Source: Vicugna vicugna
Lineage: Eukaryota
Assembly: GCA_013265495.1 (NCBI GenBank)
Contig: MU058636.1
Location: 5,925,741 to 5,989,740 of the forward strand
Direction: 5' to 3'
DNA length: 64,000 nucleotides
The notes under the pieces: model-generated
The model's input: only the letters and a program-made list of their open reading frames with translations
Told to the model about the DNA's origin: nothing
Database searches by the model: none
Position numbers and translations under genes: made by a program
Shown here: positions 50,177-62,150 of the stretch, one piece after another
Numbering within the stretch: the stretch's first letter is position 1
How the letters are laid out: every line of letters begins with the position of its first letter

Positions 50177-50299
50177 AAAAGGAACAAATAATATCTCTGA
50201 AACTAAAAGATGAAAGAAACTATATTCCTAGGGCACGATTAAACTCATAAACTAAATTCTTATTTCCAAGTGATTAAAGTATATGAAAGGTATATGCAG

Positions 50300-51110
50300 T
50301 GATTCATTTCATACATTTCAGTAACGAGTAATGGCGAAGGCCTAGGCTGGGTTTTTGGAAAAGAAAGTTGAATAAAACTATGTATACTCAAGAAACTCAC
50401 AATCTGTGGGCCAGGGTGGAGCTACTCACACAAGTACCCATGCTACCTGTGCTGCATGTTGGGTGTGGACAGAGGGCTCAGGCAGGAGAGGGGGATTCTT
50501 TTATCCTGGATGTTGAGGCATTAAAGAGAGCAGAGGAAGGCTTTTCCCTGGCCTGAGTTTAGCCCTAAATGGTGATTAGCGGTTTCCATGCTGGACAACA
50601 AGGGGGTGGAGTGGTGAACAGGAGCCAGATAAGCAAATGAAAACAAGCATAAAAGGACATGGTAGTTAAAAGTGGCTACAATTTCGGAATTTGGAGTTTA
50701 CCCCTAGGCAATGGAGAACTAAGAGGTTTTTGACAAGGAGAGGGATATTTTAGATTTGTAATATTGGAAAACCTACTCTGGCAGCAGTGGAACTTGAATT
50801 TGAAAGAGGAGATGCAAATAGGGATACTATTCATGTGATGCTGCACAGACGTAGGCGTGATAAGGTCCTGAGCTCCAGCACTGATCAGTAAGCATCACTG
50901 AGGCTGAGGAGGAAAGGGTGCAGTTGATGACGCTCAGTGACTGTAAGTCCTTAGAGCTGAAGGAGGGAGACAGAGAAGACTTCCCCCAGATTTCTGTTAG
51001 GTACGTGGGAGAGCCAAATGCTGAAGCAGAGAAGGAGGCTTGCTAGGTTATAGGTGGTGATGATGAGTTCAGGTTTGGGCATATTGAGTTGAATGTGCAG
51101 ACATACAACC
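50300..51110 (-). mobile_element. L2 3' region, antisense
   Basis: ctcaagaaactcacaatctgtggg...tttacccctaggcaatggagaac...gatgatgagttcaggtttgggcatattgagttg. Confidence 0.65.
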
Positions 51111-53989
51111 CATTACTAAGTGTGAAGGCCTTTCACCTGTAATCAACAGAAGCAAAAAAGAAAGTAATTTATATGATGAATTTAAAGAAAACGATCAATA
51201 GCTTTAGTGCTTTAGAGGGAAGTCCTATGACTATTAGAACAGGTAAAATATCTACTGGGTTAAACCCTATGACATTACTAATATTTCACTATTTTTGATC
51301 TACATAAAATGGCAGTTTCATATGGTCCATCAAATAGTTTGCTAACTTTGGAAAACAACTTTACAAGGGGTCTTCCTTAGATTTTATTAGGGAAAAAAAG
51401 ATTAAGTGTTGAAAATATGTTCCAGGAGAAATAGAATTGATAACAGAAAATTTACCAAGCCAAAATATTTCCCTTTTATTCCTTAACTTTCGGGACTCAT
51501 GGGACATGTCAATGACGCCCAGGTAGGCCAGTGGAGAGCTCTGACCTGGGAGGTGCGTGGTAGTGACAGGGGGTCTTATTAGGGCTCTGCCCTCAAGAAC
51601 TCTGCTGGAGAAGCTGGATGGTACCCTCCTTATCTCTCTCCAGTCCCCACACCAGTATTCAGCAGCATTTCCCACACAGAGCAGCATCTCTTGGAGCTTT
51701 AAAGAAAAATCTAAGGACTGCTGAAAATATCATCTACCTTTCATGTAAGTTAAACTGAAGAATTCTTCTTTGTTAGCCAAAGGGAGGGGTGAGACATTTT
51801 TGGACTTTTCAAATAGAAGGAAAAAATACATGGAGAAATGGTATTTTCCTTGGTGACTGATGCCAAGAACATGTTGTTTTGATAAGTTCAATTCTACCAT
51901 CATTATATTACAGTCAAAATAGAGTTTTTGACTGAATTATACATTTCTCTTCTAAGCTCCTCCTGCTCTCTGGAACTGAGATACTTCCAGTTCAAAATTA
52001 TTTCTGCCTTTCAGATTTATACTGACATTAATGTAAACCAATTGAAGAAAAATGAAAATATATTCATGCAGCTGTTTCTGCATATCACCTTTAATCTTCC
52101 ATGTACTTTAAAATATGTACTTCTGAGAGAGGAAGAGATCTATTTTTGCTTTATGTGAGTATAAAAGTAATTTTGTTGCCATGACAATATATTATTTTCA
52201 TCCTGTATTTTCCAAACACAGCCTTTGCTTCAGGTTTTAGGTAAACAGTCGCTCTCTGTCCTCCATTTACAGTACCATGCTCCACTGACCACTTCAGGTC
52301 AAGCGCAAGCTAGTCTTCAAGATCAAGTACCACATTTGACAGAGATTTTTATTTTTTGGTGCTTGTATCAAAATGAGTCTTCTGACAGAGTCAGGGAGAG
52401 GGCATTTCAAATCCCTGAGACCCTTGATTTGGCAAGTGCTAAAGTTTAGTGTTCCAATTTCCATGTCTTTTTTTTTTTTTTTTGCAGAAGAATTACTGCC
52501 TATTTTAACCCTATGCAATCCAACCTGGTTAGCATTCACCTAACATTACATTTATCAGGCTGCCAGTCTACAGTGGCTGTTTTTCTATTAATTCTGCTTG
52601 TAAAATGTTAGGAGCTAGCAACTTCTTGGTTGTTTTGCAAACAAATAAAAATCAGAGGCCTAATTATTTTCAATTTAAGGAAGGTGTAGTAGAAGAAATA
52701 AAGTAAACAGAACCTGGAGAATCAATCCTAAGGCTCAAAGAAATTAAATAAATCAGCAATTAAAGAAAATTGCCTTAAAGACAGGGCAGACTAGGGAAGA
52801 TGGAGAAAGAGAGGTGAGCTCAGAGAACCATTTTTAGCCTAAGTTCTGAGGATATATTGTCTGAATGGTGGTGGTGGGAAGTGGGAGGGGGGACTTAAAG
52901 GGGGAAATAGAAGAGGAATATGTGAGGAGGAAAGGCAGCAGCAAACATAGGAAGTTGTGCAATAGGTGAGCAATCTAAGCTCTAATATTTGTTAAAACAC
53001 CAAACCAGTATGATTGGTCACAGTGTAAAATCCCCAAAGACAAGGGTCACTTATAAGTTCATCCACATAGTCTACTTTTGGATGGGACAAAAGGCTTGAC
53101 TACACCAGAATAGATCATTTATATGTAAGTTATATGTTTGTTGAACAGCTACCTGGGGAAGGCATCAGGTTAGCCTTGGAGAAGGTAAACTGAAGTAGAG
53201 TGATATAAAGACTGAATACACTGAAAGAGGCAATTTTACGTAAACACAAAAAAAGATGGCTAATGATCCGAGCTGTAGAGATAGATCAGGTTCATTGCAG
53301 TTTGTAGGCAGTGGAGATTCCTTTCACTGTGGGGGATCGCAGACCAAGATTGGTCCTAGGTTTTGAAGAACAGGCTGAATTTAGAGAGATACAAAGGGGA
53401 AGAGGGAGAGAATTTTTCTTCTCCTCTGGGTGCCAACCGATGGAGCATGCACATAAAGCACGTTGTTGATGGAGTAGGAAATTGGGTTGGACACCATGTC
53501 TCAGAGTCAAGGCTGAAATAAGCTTCATACCCTCTACTCTGAATTTCAACCTTCATACCCACAGAAATCCCACTGAGTCTGAAGTACAGACTCAAAAACC
53601 TCATACCCAACCAGGTGGATGAATGAGGACCTCCAAATTGCTGTAATCACCCATTTGGAGGCAGGAAATAAAGTGGAGCAGTTACCTGAAGTGAAGATGC
53701 AGCTCATGTTTGATGGAGTGCGGAGAGTGAAAAAGGAAATGTGGCATCTCCTCTGTCTTCTGGCACCGCAAGCATGACCACCAAAAAAAATGGTTCAATG
53801 AATGCCAATTTCTAACAAAATTTACCACTGCCTTTTCCTTTGTGAGGAATATAGGCATCAGAGATGCTGTGTTTTATCTTCAATAATCTCCTAGGTGGAA
53901 AGCAGGGATTTTGGCTATTATTAATAGGTGGAAGTAGAAACAAGAGAAAAAGAGAGCAGATATTCCCTCCCTCCCCTCAGGGAGGCCTG

Positions 53990-54205
53990 CCAAAAGCTAA
54001 ACACTATTGTAGGTTCTTTCCATGTACCACATAACTGAATCTTCACACTAACCCAGTGATGTAGGTATAGCTGGCTCCATTATACAGATAGATAAATTGA
54101 GATTTAGGGATTAAGATAAAGGAAATTGCCCAAGATCAAATAACAAATAAGTGAGCAGACCCAAGATTTGAATCCATATTTGTAACTCCAAAGCCCATAT
54201 TCTAG
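53990..54205 (-). mobile_element. MIR SINE
   Basis: ctccattatacagatagataaattgag...aattgcccaagatcaaataacaaataagtg...agatttgaatcc...ctccaaagccca. Confidence 0.75.
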
Positions 54206-54505
54206 GCGCACATACAGATTACAGCAATCCAGCTGAAGCTGGGCAACGTGTAGGGAACAGTGGGAGGCTAATCTGCAAAGGGTCCTAGCAAGGCTAAGAA
54301 CTTAAATTTGCTTTCAGGCAATCCAGAGCTTCTGAAACATTTCCTTTGAGCAAGAAAATGATGCAACATTGCATGCTTTAACTGACTTGGGTTAAAACTC
54401 AGCTCACGATGTATATAATAACATGAAAATAAGCCATCTGGCATTTAAAGTCTGTTAAAAATAATTTTTAATAAATGGATTCAGACATAATGAATGGTTC
54501 ATCAT

Positions 54506-55045
54506 TGTATGTTTTGTTACTGCTGACAACAAAGCATCCCAAAATTCAGTTGCTTAAAACAACAGCCATTTCTTACTGCTTCAGCATCTGCAGGTTGGCA
54601 GGAGGTGGCTGATCCAGGCTGGGCTTGGCCGGTGGTTTTGCTTCAGACCGAGGTCGCTGGAAAGCTCTGCTTCTTACTGTCTATCTGTGGCCTGGCTTGG
54701 GGTGGCTCTGCTCCATGTATCTCATCTGTGGCCTGGGATGGAGTGGCTCTGCTCCATGTGTCTCATCCTTCTTGAACTCTTGGTTTAGACAAGAAATGTT
54801 CTTATTGTGATGGATATGGTTTCAAGACAGCAAGCAGAAACCCACAGGCCTCTTAAGGTCCAGGATCAGATCTGGCTCAACACTCACTTACAGTTCAGTG
54901 TATTGAACAAAGCCTGTCACTCAGCTAAACTCAAAGCCAAGGGGCAGGAAAATATATCCCACCCTTTTCTTGGGAGGAACTTAAAGGTCACATGGCAAAG
55001 GGTGTATGAGGAGGGGTGAAGAACTGGGCTACTAATGAACTCACC
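54506..55045 (-). mobile_element. MaLR solo LTR (MLT1G/H/I-like) with an internal 41-bp tandem duplication
   Basis: cccaaaattcagttgcttaaaacaacagccattt...aaggtcacatggcaaagggtgtatg...gggtgaagaactggg. Confidence 0.75.
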
Positions 55046-55749
55046 CCCGTCATCATCAGTATGAATCACACTGTATAAGTGCTGAGTAGGTTCTGAATTT
55101 ATAGCTTCTATTTGAAAGATTGTTACTTTCAGTTAAGCCCAATGTTAGCAGTAGAAGTAGAACAGAAAAATCTAATTCTCTGCACCTTGGCCTTGGTTTC
55201 ATTTTCTCATCTTTGGAAAAAAAGGTTTGAACTAGGCTACCTCTATGGTGTCTTCTAACTTCATGATTCTAGGGTTTCTTTTATTCTTCCTCATCCTGTT
55301 GCTTTAAGTTATAAACAAATACAAGCGTAGTCAAATGGAATTTCTTCTCTAATGTATATTCGATAACAAATTAATGGAGAAATACTTAGGAAAACTTTCA
55401 ATACTTAAGTTCCAAGAATTCCAAAGATATGCTAAAATTTCATTTTGATTAGAAAAATTGAGCTGTGCTCGTCACAGAATAATCACAGCTAAGACTTTTG
55501 AGTCACCTGTGTCTAATACATATTTAATATCCTCTTTATATAAAGGAAAACATGGGTGGCATATCATTATTATAGAGCCCAACAGTTCAAAAGTTCTCTT
55601 TTAACAAACGTGGTTAGACCTTTTGAGCATTACTTGAAACAGAACACTGAGAAAATACATTTTGGGCAGCCTCAATGTGTCTTTTTACATCTCTGTACTC
55701 CTTCCTTCTCCCAAGCCCTCTCCTTTACAGCAAGGACTGTCTCTCCTGG

Positions 55750-55910
55750 GGATCTTTCTGACGTGAGGGGATACAGAAGCAATGGGATGGAAGCCAAGGG
55801 CAGGAGCTGTGAGAGGAGTGATTGGCGGCGCGCCATTGCTTCATGAGGCTGCAGTGACAGGGAGGGCAGAAAACGATCGTCTACCACCCGCCCCGCTTCC
55901 TGTTCCAGGT
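55750..55910. promoter_or_regulatory. Candidate promoter/enhancer motif cluster
   Basis: Unique, locally CpG-rich: ATTGG (reverse CCAAT) 55821, GGCGCGCC 55827-55834, GC box CCCGCCCC 55887-55894, ETS GCTTCCTGT 55895-55903; motif inference only. Confidence 0.35.
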
Positions 55911-58344
55911 GTGCAGTTCCTTCGGTGCTGCTCTCCTGTTTTCTTCCATTTTCTCTTAATTTTTACTTACTTGGTTGGTAATAATGGCATCTCATTTAGA
56001 CTTTCATGAAGGGATATTTTGCTCACACATCACCTTGAATATGACCTAAGTCCCTTAGCTTTCTGTGGTTACTGTATTCTTTAGGACTGAACTCAAACTG
56101 GTTTATGCCCATAACGTATGTTGGGGAACCAGTATCATTTCCATGAACAACAGGGATTCACAGGGTCTTAATTTCCTCCCTGGCTCTGAGTCCCCACTGC
56201 TGCTGAATCCCCCGTGAGCCCCTCGCCTCTAGGACGTGCTTTCCTTTCCACACCATGCTGACCTGCTGGGCACTCCCCTCCTCTATCCTTCTCTCCTCCT
56301 CCAGAGTTCCACAGGCACAAGGCTGGGGGTTAAGCAAACTTTGCAAAAACGCTGGGAAGGTAGAGAGGCATGATTTCGCATGCAATGCTGAAAATAATGT
56401 AACAGTGAGAAATAGAAAGCCCCATGATGGAAAGTCCTTCAACCGTGCTCTGTGACCAGGTCTTTCTCACGGAGAATCTTTCCACCTCTTCCTCTGGTTA
56501 TCTCGTTAAATTAAGCTCCTCTCTGCCCTGAACCTTGGCTCCCTCTCAGAAGACAATGAAAGGCTCCCAGGCTATTACACAGAACAATTGCCTGTAGTCC
56601 CTACCCTAGACCAAATTCCAAGTGACTTGAGGTACACACAAACCATAAAGTACTTTACTAAATCAGAGGTTTCTCTTCTAGGACTTATTTCAGCAGCACA
56701 AAGCCTTGATAAGGCAGTGTTTTCTTAATCTTGTTCAGCTCAGTTGCTTTGGTAGGACTGTCTTCTTTGAATATCAATGTTTCCAGTGCCACCAGCAGCC
56801 CCTCATCACCCCCACATCAACATTCACAGCAGGAGTGGCTAGAGTCGTTTTGTTTTCGTTGTTGTTTTGAAAAACATTTTTATTTCTGATACAGATAAAT
56901 ATGACATCTCAGATACAGAAAAACTGGTGAAAAGCATTGCAGGTAGATAGCATAAGTTCCTGTAGTCCAGACATGGAGGCAAGGATGCTGTGATAATGGA
57001 GAAGCAATCCAATTTGTGCTTACGAGCCCATGGCCTATAAGTGATCAGGGAAATAAGAGTCTGGAAATGTTCACTGGATCAGGACAAGGAGAGCCCTGGA
57101 TGATAGACATTTGGACTTTTCTTCGTGAGTGATCCCCATCACTCATAATACCAATGATCACTCAAACCAATGATAGTTTTTCACTAGAAGCATTTTCATC
57201 TTTACAATTTTACTTTAAGGAACTATGTCATGAGTAGGTTGCAGTCGGCTGCAGTGACCAAGAAGAGATATAGAGACAGAAAAAGCATCTATAAAGGACT
57301 CGGAGCCTGTTCAGTTTACTGTTTCCTTGAATTGAGGAATATCCTATGGGTTGAAAACATCATTGTCATTATTTTTGGTGGTAAGTCTCAAAAAAAAACC
57401 CTAAGAAATTTAAGAATTAGAAAGGTCTTTTCCATTCATATGTGGCAATCAAAATACTTCGGTATTTTCTACACGGTATTAAATTTGACTTCAACAGAAC
57501 TAAGGGGCATATTTTCATGGGTTTGTATAGCAGTTATAGAGTGGCTGTCAGAGCTCCTCAAGGAAGCCACAGCTAATCCAAAGAACAGAACTGAGTTTCC
57601 ATTAGTACTGTCTCCTCTAATAAATGTTACAACCCTGAGTGTTGTGAATGGTAAAATTGTCTTCCAGAGGAATGGGGTTTGCTCAATTCAGTGTCACCTG
57701 CTCCAGCCAGAAACCAGCCTCCAAATCCATTGTGCATGTGTGGTCTGGCATTTGGGGAGGAGGGAAAAGGCATGGGATTATAGAAAGTGTTCACTTTTCT
57801 GTATTGCTTTCACCTTTTCATATACATACGTCAATTCTATGGGAAATACAATATCAAAATAAATAAGCAAAACATGTCATCCCAGGGCACAACGTTATTA
57901 CTACTGCTTAATGGTGTCTCAACTGGGGCATCTAAAATTGAGAAACTAAAGTTGTCTAACAGCTGTTTCAGACTTTTCAGACCTCTGCTTCAGTTCTGTC
58001 GAACTATGTGGGAGTGGAGTGCAGGTGGGTAGGAACTAAGGGAAGTTATATTTAATACAGCATCTGGAGCTTCAGTCTATATTCTTTGGTCTGTTTCATC
58101 TCTCTCAAGAGATCATCTGCTAAGATAAATCAACTTTAGTAATTTAATACAATTAGGATGGTCAGAGTGAGAGCTGCCTAGTAACAAATTCTCCTTTGGC
58201 ATCAGAGAATGTTGGATCTACACATTGGGTTCTAGATCCACACAGTGAACCCTAGAAAAGAGGAAAGAGAGAGAGGCGTAGTTACTAGGTATGAAGGAAA
58301 GTATATTCACTACGTACCTATTTTTATCCAATTCCCTTGATAGG

Positions 58345-58500
58345 GTTCTACTTATGTTAACAAATTAATACCTGCCAATATCCATTGTATGCATGAAGAA
58401 CCAAGTTCAGAGAGGTTGGGTAATTTACCAAAAGTCACACAGCAAGTGATGGAGTCACTTCTCAGAATCCATTTTGTTTCTAAAGTCTTACTTTCCCCCC
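58345..58500 (-). mobile_element. MIR SINE
   Basis: gaagaaccaagttcagagaggttgggtaatttaccaaaagtcacacagcaagtgatggag. Confidence 0.75.
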
Positions 58501-60864
58501 ATACCATATGTTCCTCCTTTGTTAAGGTATAATCCATTGTGATTTATCTGAAGTAGCTGAGTGTGTAGAGCCTGGAAAAGGCAGAACCAAGATGGTGGGC
58601 ACTAAACCCAGAAGCTCTCTTTCCTGCCAAAGCTCTCAATGTGGCAAAATCATTCCTAGAGGCTGGACTTTAGGACGATAAAGCAAGTCAACAAGTGGGG
58701 TTTATTTGTTTATTTTTAATGAATTGGTGCAGTTGCTCAGACTAAGCAGCAAGTAAACATCCTGCCAGAGAGAGATGCAGTTAGGCAGACATACTGAAAA
58801 CAAGTTCTCACTTCCACAAAAATTGTTTGATGTTGGCAGCCCAGGGAGGAAGCTCTTTTCCTGTCCAGTTCTGATTCTGATTGCTGGGCAGTTGTTGGCC
58901 CACCTCTCTCAATTTGAATGCTCATGGCTCTCTGAATTCAGAAGTAATCAGTCTCCTGCACTTAAAGTGAGAAGAACTACTTGAAAAATTTCATATGAAT
59001 TAATATAAATGAACACGTTCTTTCAGCAAAACTGGAGTGCTGAGTTGGTCACTTGCAACCAAAAGACAAACAAATCAGTGCGGTGGCCAGAGCAGCCACC
59101 CAGACATAATGTTCACGAAAGCGCGCTTTCCTCCCAACTCCGGCTCACAGCCCTCACTCCACGTCTCCTGGATGGCTGACTCAGCCTCAGTTCCACAATG
59201 GCCTGGTCCCCATTGCCAGTGCAGAAATTTGCACCAATCATTGTACTTCGAGAGGATGGAGATGAAAGAGCTTTTCCCCTAAATTACTTGGAAAATTGCC
59301 TCAATTTCCTTTTTCATTTTTGCTAGAGTAGGCCTGGCCTTTAGCTGAGAGGGTCTAACCCATCTGGGCCATTACTGAGTGACTTCTGCAGGGCCATTTC
59401 CAAAATGCCTTTGTGTAGTCATTGCTGCCTAGTTCAGCTGCTGGAATATTACGGCTCTAAACTTTCTTAGTTTCTTCTCATTGAAAAGCCCAAAGCTACT
59501 TGTCAAATTTCAAAAGGATTCAATATATGTGCAAGATGGAAAATGTAGGGGCATGATGAAAAAATTAGCTGCCCCATATTTAGAAACTTGAATATGCTCA
59601 ATTCAGCTGTGTTTTTCATGTTATGTTTTCTTTGATGAGGGTCCTTGATCTCCTGAAACAAAAGGGTCCTCTGTAGGACTAAGCTTTCAGGTAAGGTCCC
59701 GTTGAAGCTATTGAAATTGATTCAGTTGTGACATATGCAAATTTCTAAAGCTCTGACACAGACTGTAATGTATATTGAGTGCCTACTATGTGCCACATAC
59801 TCTACTTATTTCAGTGAATTTCAAAGAATCCCATGATGAGCCATTTTCCTCATCTTTTTGTAGATGCCGAACTGTAGACCATATTTCTACTGGCACAGAG
59901 ATGGTGCCCAGTTTATTCACAGCTGCAGTCCCAAGGGGAAAACAGAGATCTTGCTTACGATAGGTATTTAATTAATATTTGGTGAATTAACTCTAACCCT
60001 CAGGGGATGTCTGTTAACTGTTGATCTGAACTATTTGAGGAAACTGAGGATCAGAAAAGTTAAGCGACACACCCACACTCAGCATTGCTACGTGGTGGGT
60101 CAGAATTCAAACCAACCTTGGTCCCGTATTAGGAACCATCTATTCAGACCAGAACTGTCAAGAACGCCTCCTGCATGCAGATCCTTTCTCTTGCTCCTCT
60201 CAGCACCTCTGTAAGGAGGACCATTGCTGATGGATTACCAAGCCTGTGTGCGTTTTCTGGGACATGCTGCCTCCCAACTCACAAATCTGGGTCTACCTGG
60301 TACGAAGCAGGAACCTTTCCCATGTCAGGCAACTGAGGGACACCTGCGGGAGGACTGACTGATTCATTTATTTCTGAGAGGAGAGAGGCGGGGAAGGGCT
60401 TTGTCTTCTGTGACTGATAGGTAGTTGGCCCTCGTGTTCTCTCTCCCCTGACTCTGGGCAGACACAATGATATGACAGCCCTGAGTGTTCAGGAAACTAG
60501 TCCATCGTGGGATTGAGGACTTTTCTGGGATTAGTTAAAATCTTCTGTGAAGAAAACAGTGTCCCTATGTCCAAGTGAAAACAGAGCTGAGCTGTGCGTT
60601 TGTTTAGGAATTTGATCAAAAAGTCAAACTTAGACCGAAAATTATCCAAGTCAATATATATAAAACCCTATAAGTGTTTAACTCTTCTAGTGAATTGCTT
60701 TTTATTTAAAAGTATATAATTGCAGAGAAAATAGAGCTAATTGGTTAAACTTCTTTACTCCAACATTTGGTTTCTGATCACTGGACTAAATAAAGGACCC
60801 AGGTTTCAGTAGTGGATCTTTCCTTGCTCACAGAAGGTCCTTCGGTCCTGGAATCCCAGCTCCC

Positions 60865-61200
60865 ACACCTGAGACAGAGGTATGGCACTGCGGAGGCTGT
60901 GTCTTTGGGTTCTTAATTTGCCTCTAAGCACTGACTACCTGTCTGAACTTGGGCATGTTTCTTAGGTTTTCTGTGCCTCTGTTACTCTGTTTCTAAAATG
61001 AAAAAGATACCAGTATCTACCTCACTGTTTATCAGTAAGAATGTCACGATCCTCACAACACGTAAAGCATGGTGGCCAGGGCACAGCACAGCATGTGTCA
61101 CCTTGGGCATGGGGCTAACACTGCTCCACCCCCAGCTATTGTGAGGATCAACTGAAATAGAGCGTTTTGAGAACTTGAAGTGCGCTTGTAACGTGCGTGT
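60865..61200 (+). mobile_element. MIR SINE pieces
   Basis: tgaacttgggcatgtttctta...ctgtgcctctgttactctgtttctaaaatgaaaa...tatctacctcac; second piece gctattgtgaggatcaactgaaata. Confidence 0.65.
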
Positions 61201-61680
61201 GTGCTGAGGTAAACGAGAAGCATCCGTGTCATTATCAAGTACTTTTGCCTTTTTTGTCTGCTTGCTCATTTTCCCTAAATTGCTTGATGAATGTGCAATT
61301 CTCCCTAAAGAAATAGGGCCCTCATGTAAGGATCTCTGTTTAGAATTTCTTTTATATTCTTTAATGTCATTCAACAATGTTTATAACATTTGGCTCTGTT
61401 CAAAGCCCTTTCAGAGACATCTCAGTCACTCCACGTGGCAGCCCTGAATAGTGCGTGTTGTAATTCTCCCTTCACAGATGAAGGAATGGGGCTCAGGGAG
61501 ATTTTTCCAGCATCCTGCAAAGGGAGGATGTATAAAAAGGCAAATCTATGTTACAAACCTGGATCTTTCCATCTCATGGTCCGTGTTCTCCACCTCAGGA
61601 GCTGCCTCTTGTGAGTGCTTACCCACTCATCACTCGGAGTCCACTCGACCTGGGACACACTCGTGGCCAACTTGCTCTGG

Positions 61681-62150
61681 AGTGCTTTCCACAGCCAGGC
61701 AGGAGTCTAGATCCACCGGGTGACTGACTGGGGGAGCCTCCCTGGGCCCGCCATCCCCGCTGCCTGTCTCCCTACAGCTCTGGCTGCCCCCCCCCCCGGG
61801 CTCACTCCCACAGGCGCTGGCGCGGTCATGTGGGACAGCCCAGTAAAGGCCCAGCACCCAGCAGCAGCTCCATCGACCTTTTTGTGAAACTCCTACTTTG
61901 CTGAATTATTGCAATAATTGCGCCGCCATCTATGCTGTGTGAGGTTGCCCTCCGAGGGCAGAGGGTCAGCAGCTAATCAGCTGTCCTCTGCTCCTCGGAG
62001 AGATTTGAGCAACCTGCCGCCACAGCTCAGAGCCTGCCGCAGGCGGGTGCCCGGCCTCCGGCCGCCTTTCTGTATTCCAGCCCAGGCGCGCGCAGCTCGG
62101 CGGAGGTGAGGGTCACGATGCTCCACGGGCTCCCAAATCACTCCACGGCA
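61681..62150. promoter_or_regulatory. Weak CpG island / candidate promoter or enhancer
   Basis: About 26 CpGs in ~470 bp by hand count, GC-rich relative to the AT-rich window, non-repetitive; YY1-like GCCGCCATCT at 61922-61931. Confidence 0.5.

Noticed and set aside
61941..61951. GAGGTTGCCCT resembles part of miR-377-5p as I recall it
   Set aside because: Only 11 nt match, the partner arm does not resemble miR-377-3p, and there is no surrounding miRNA cluster.
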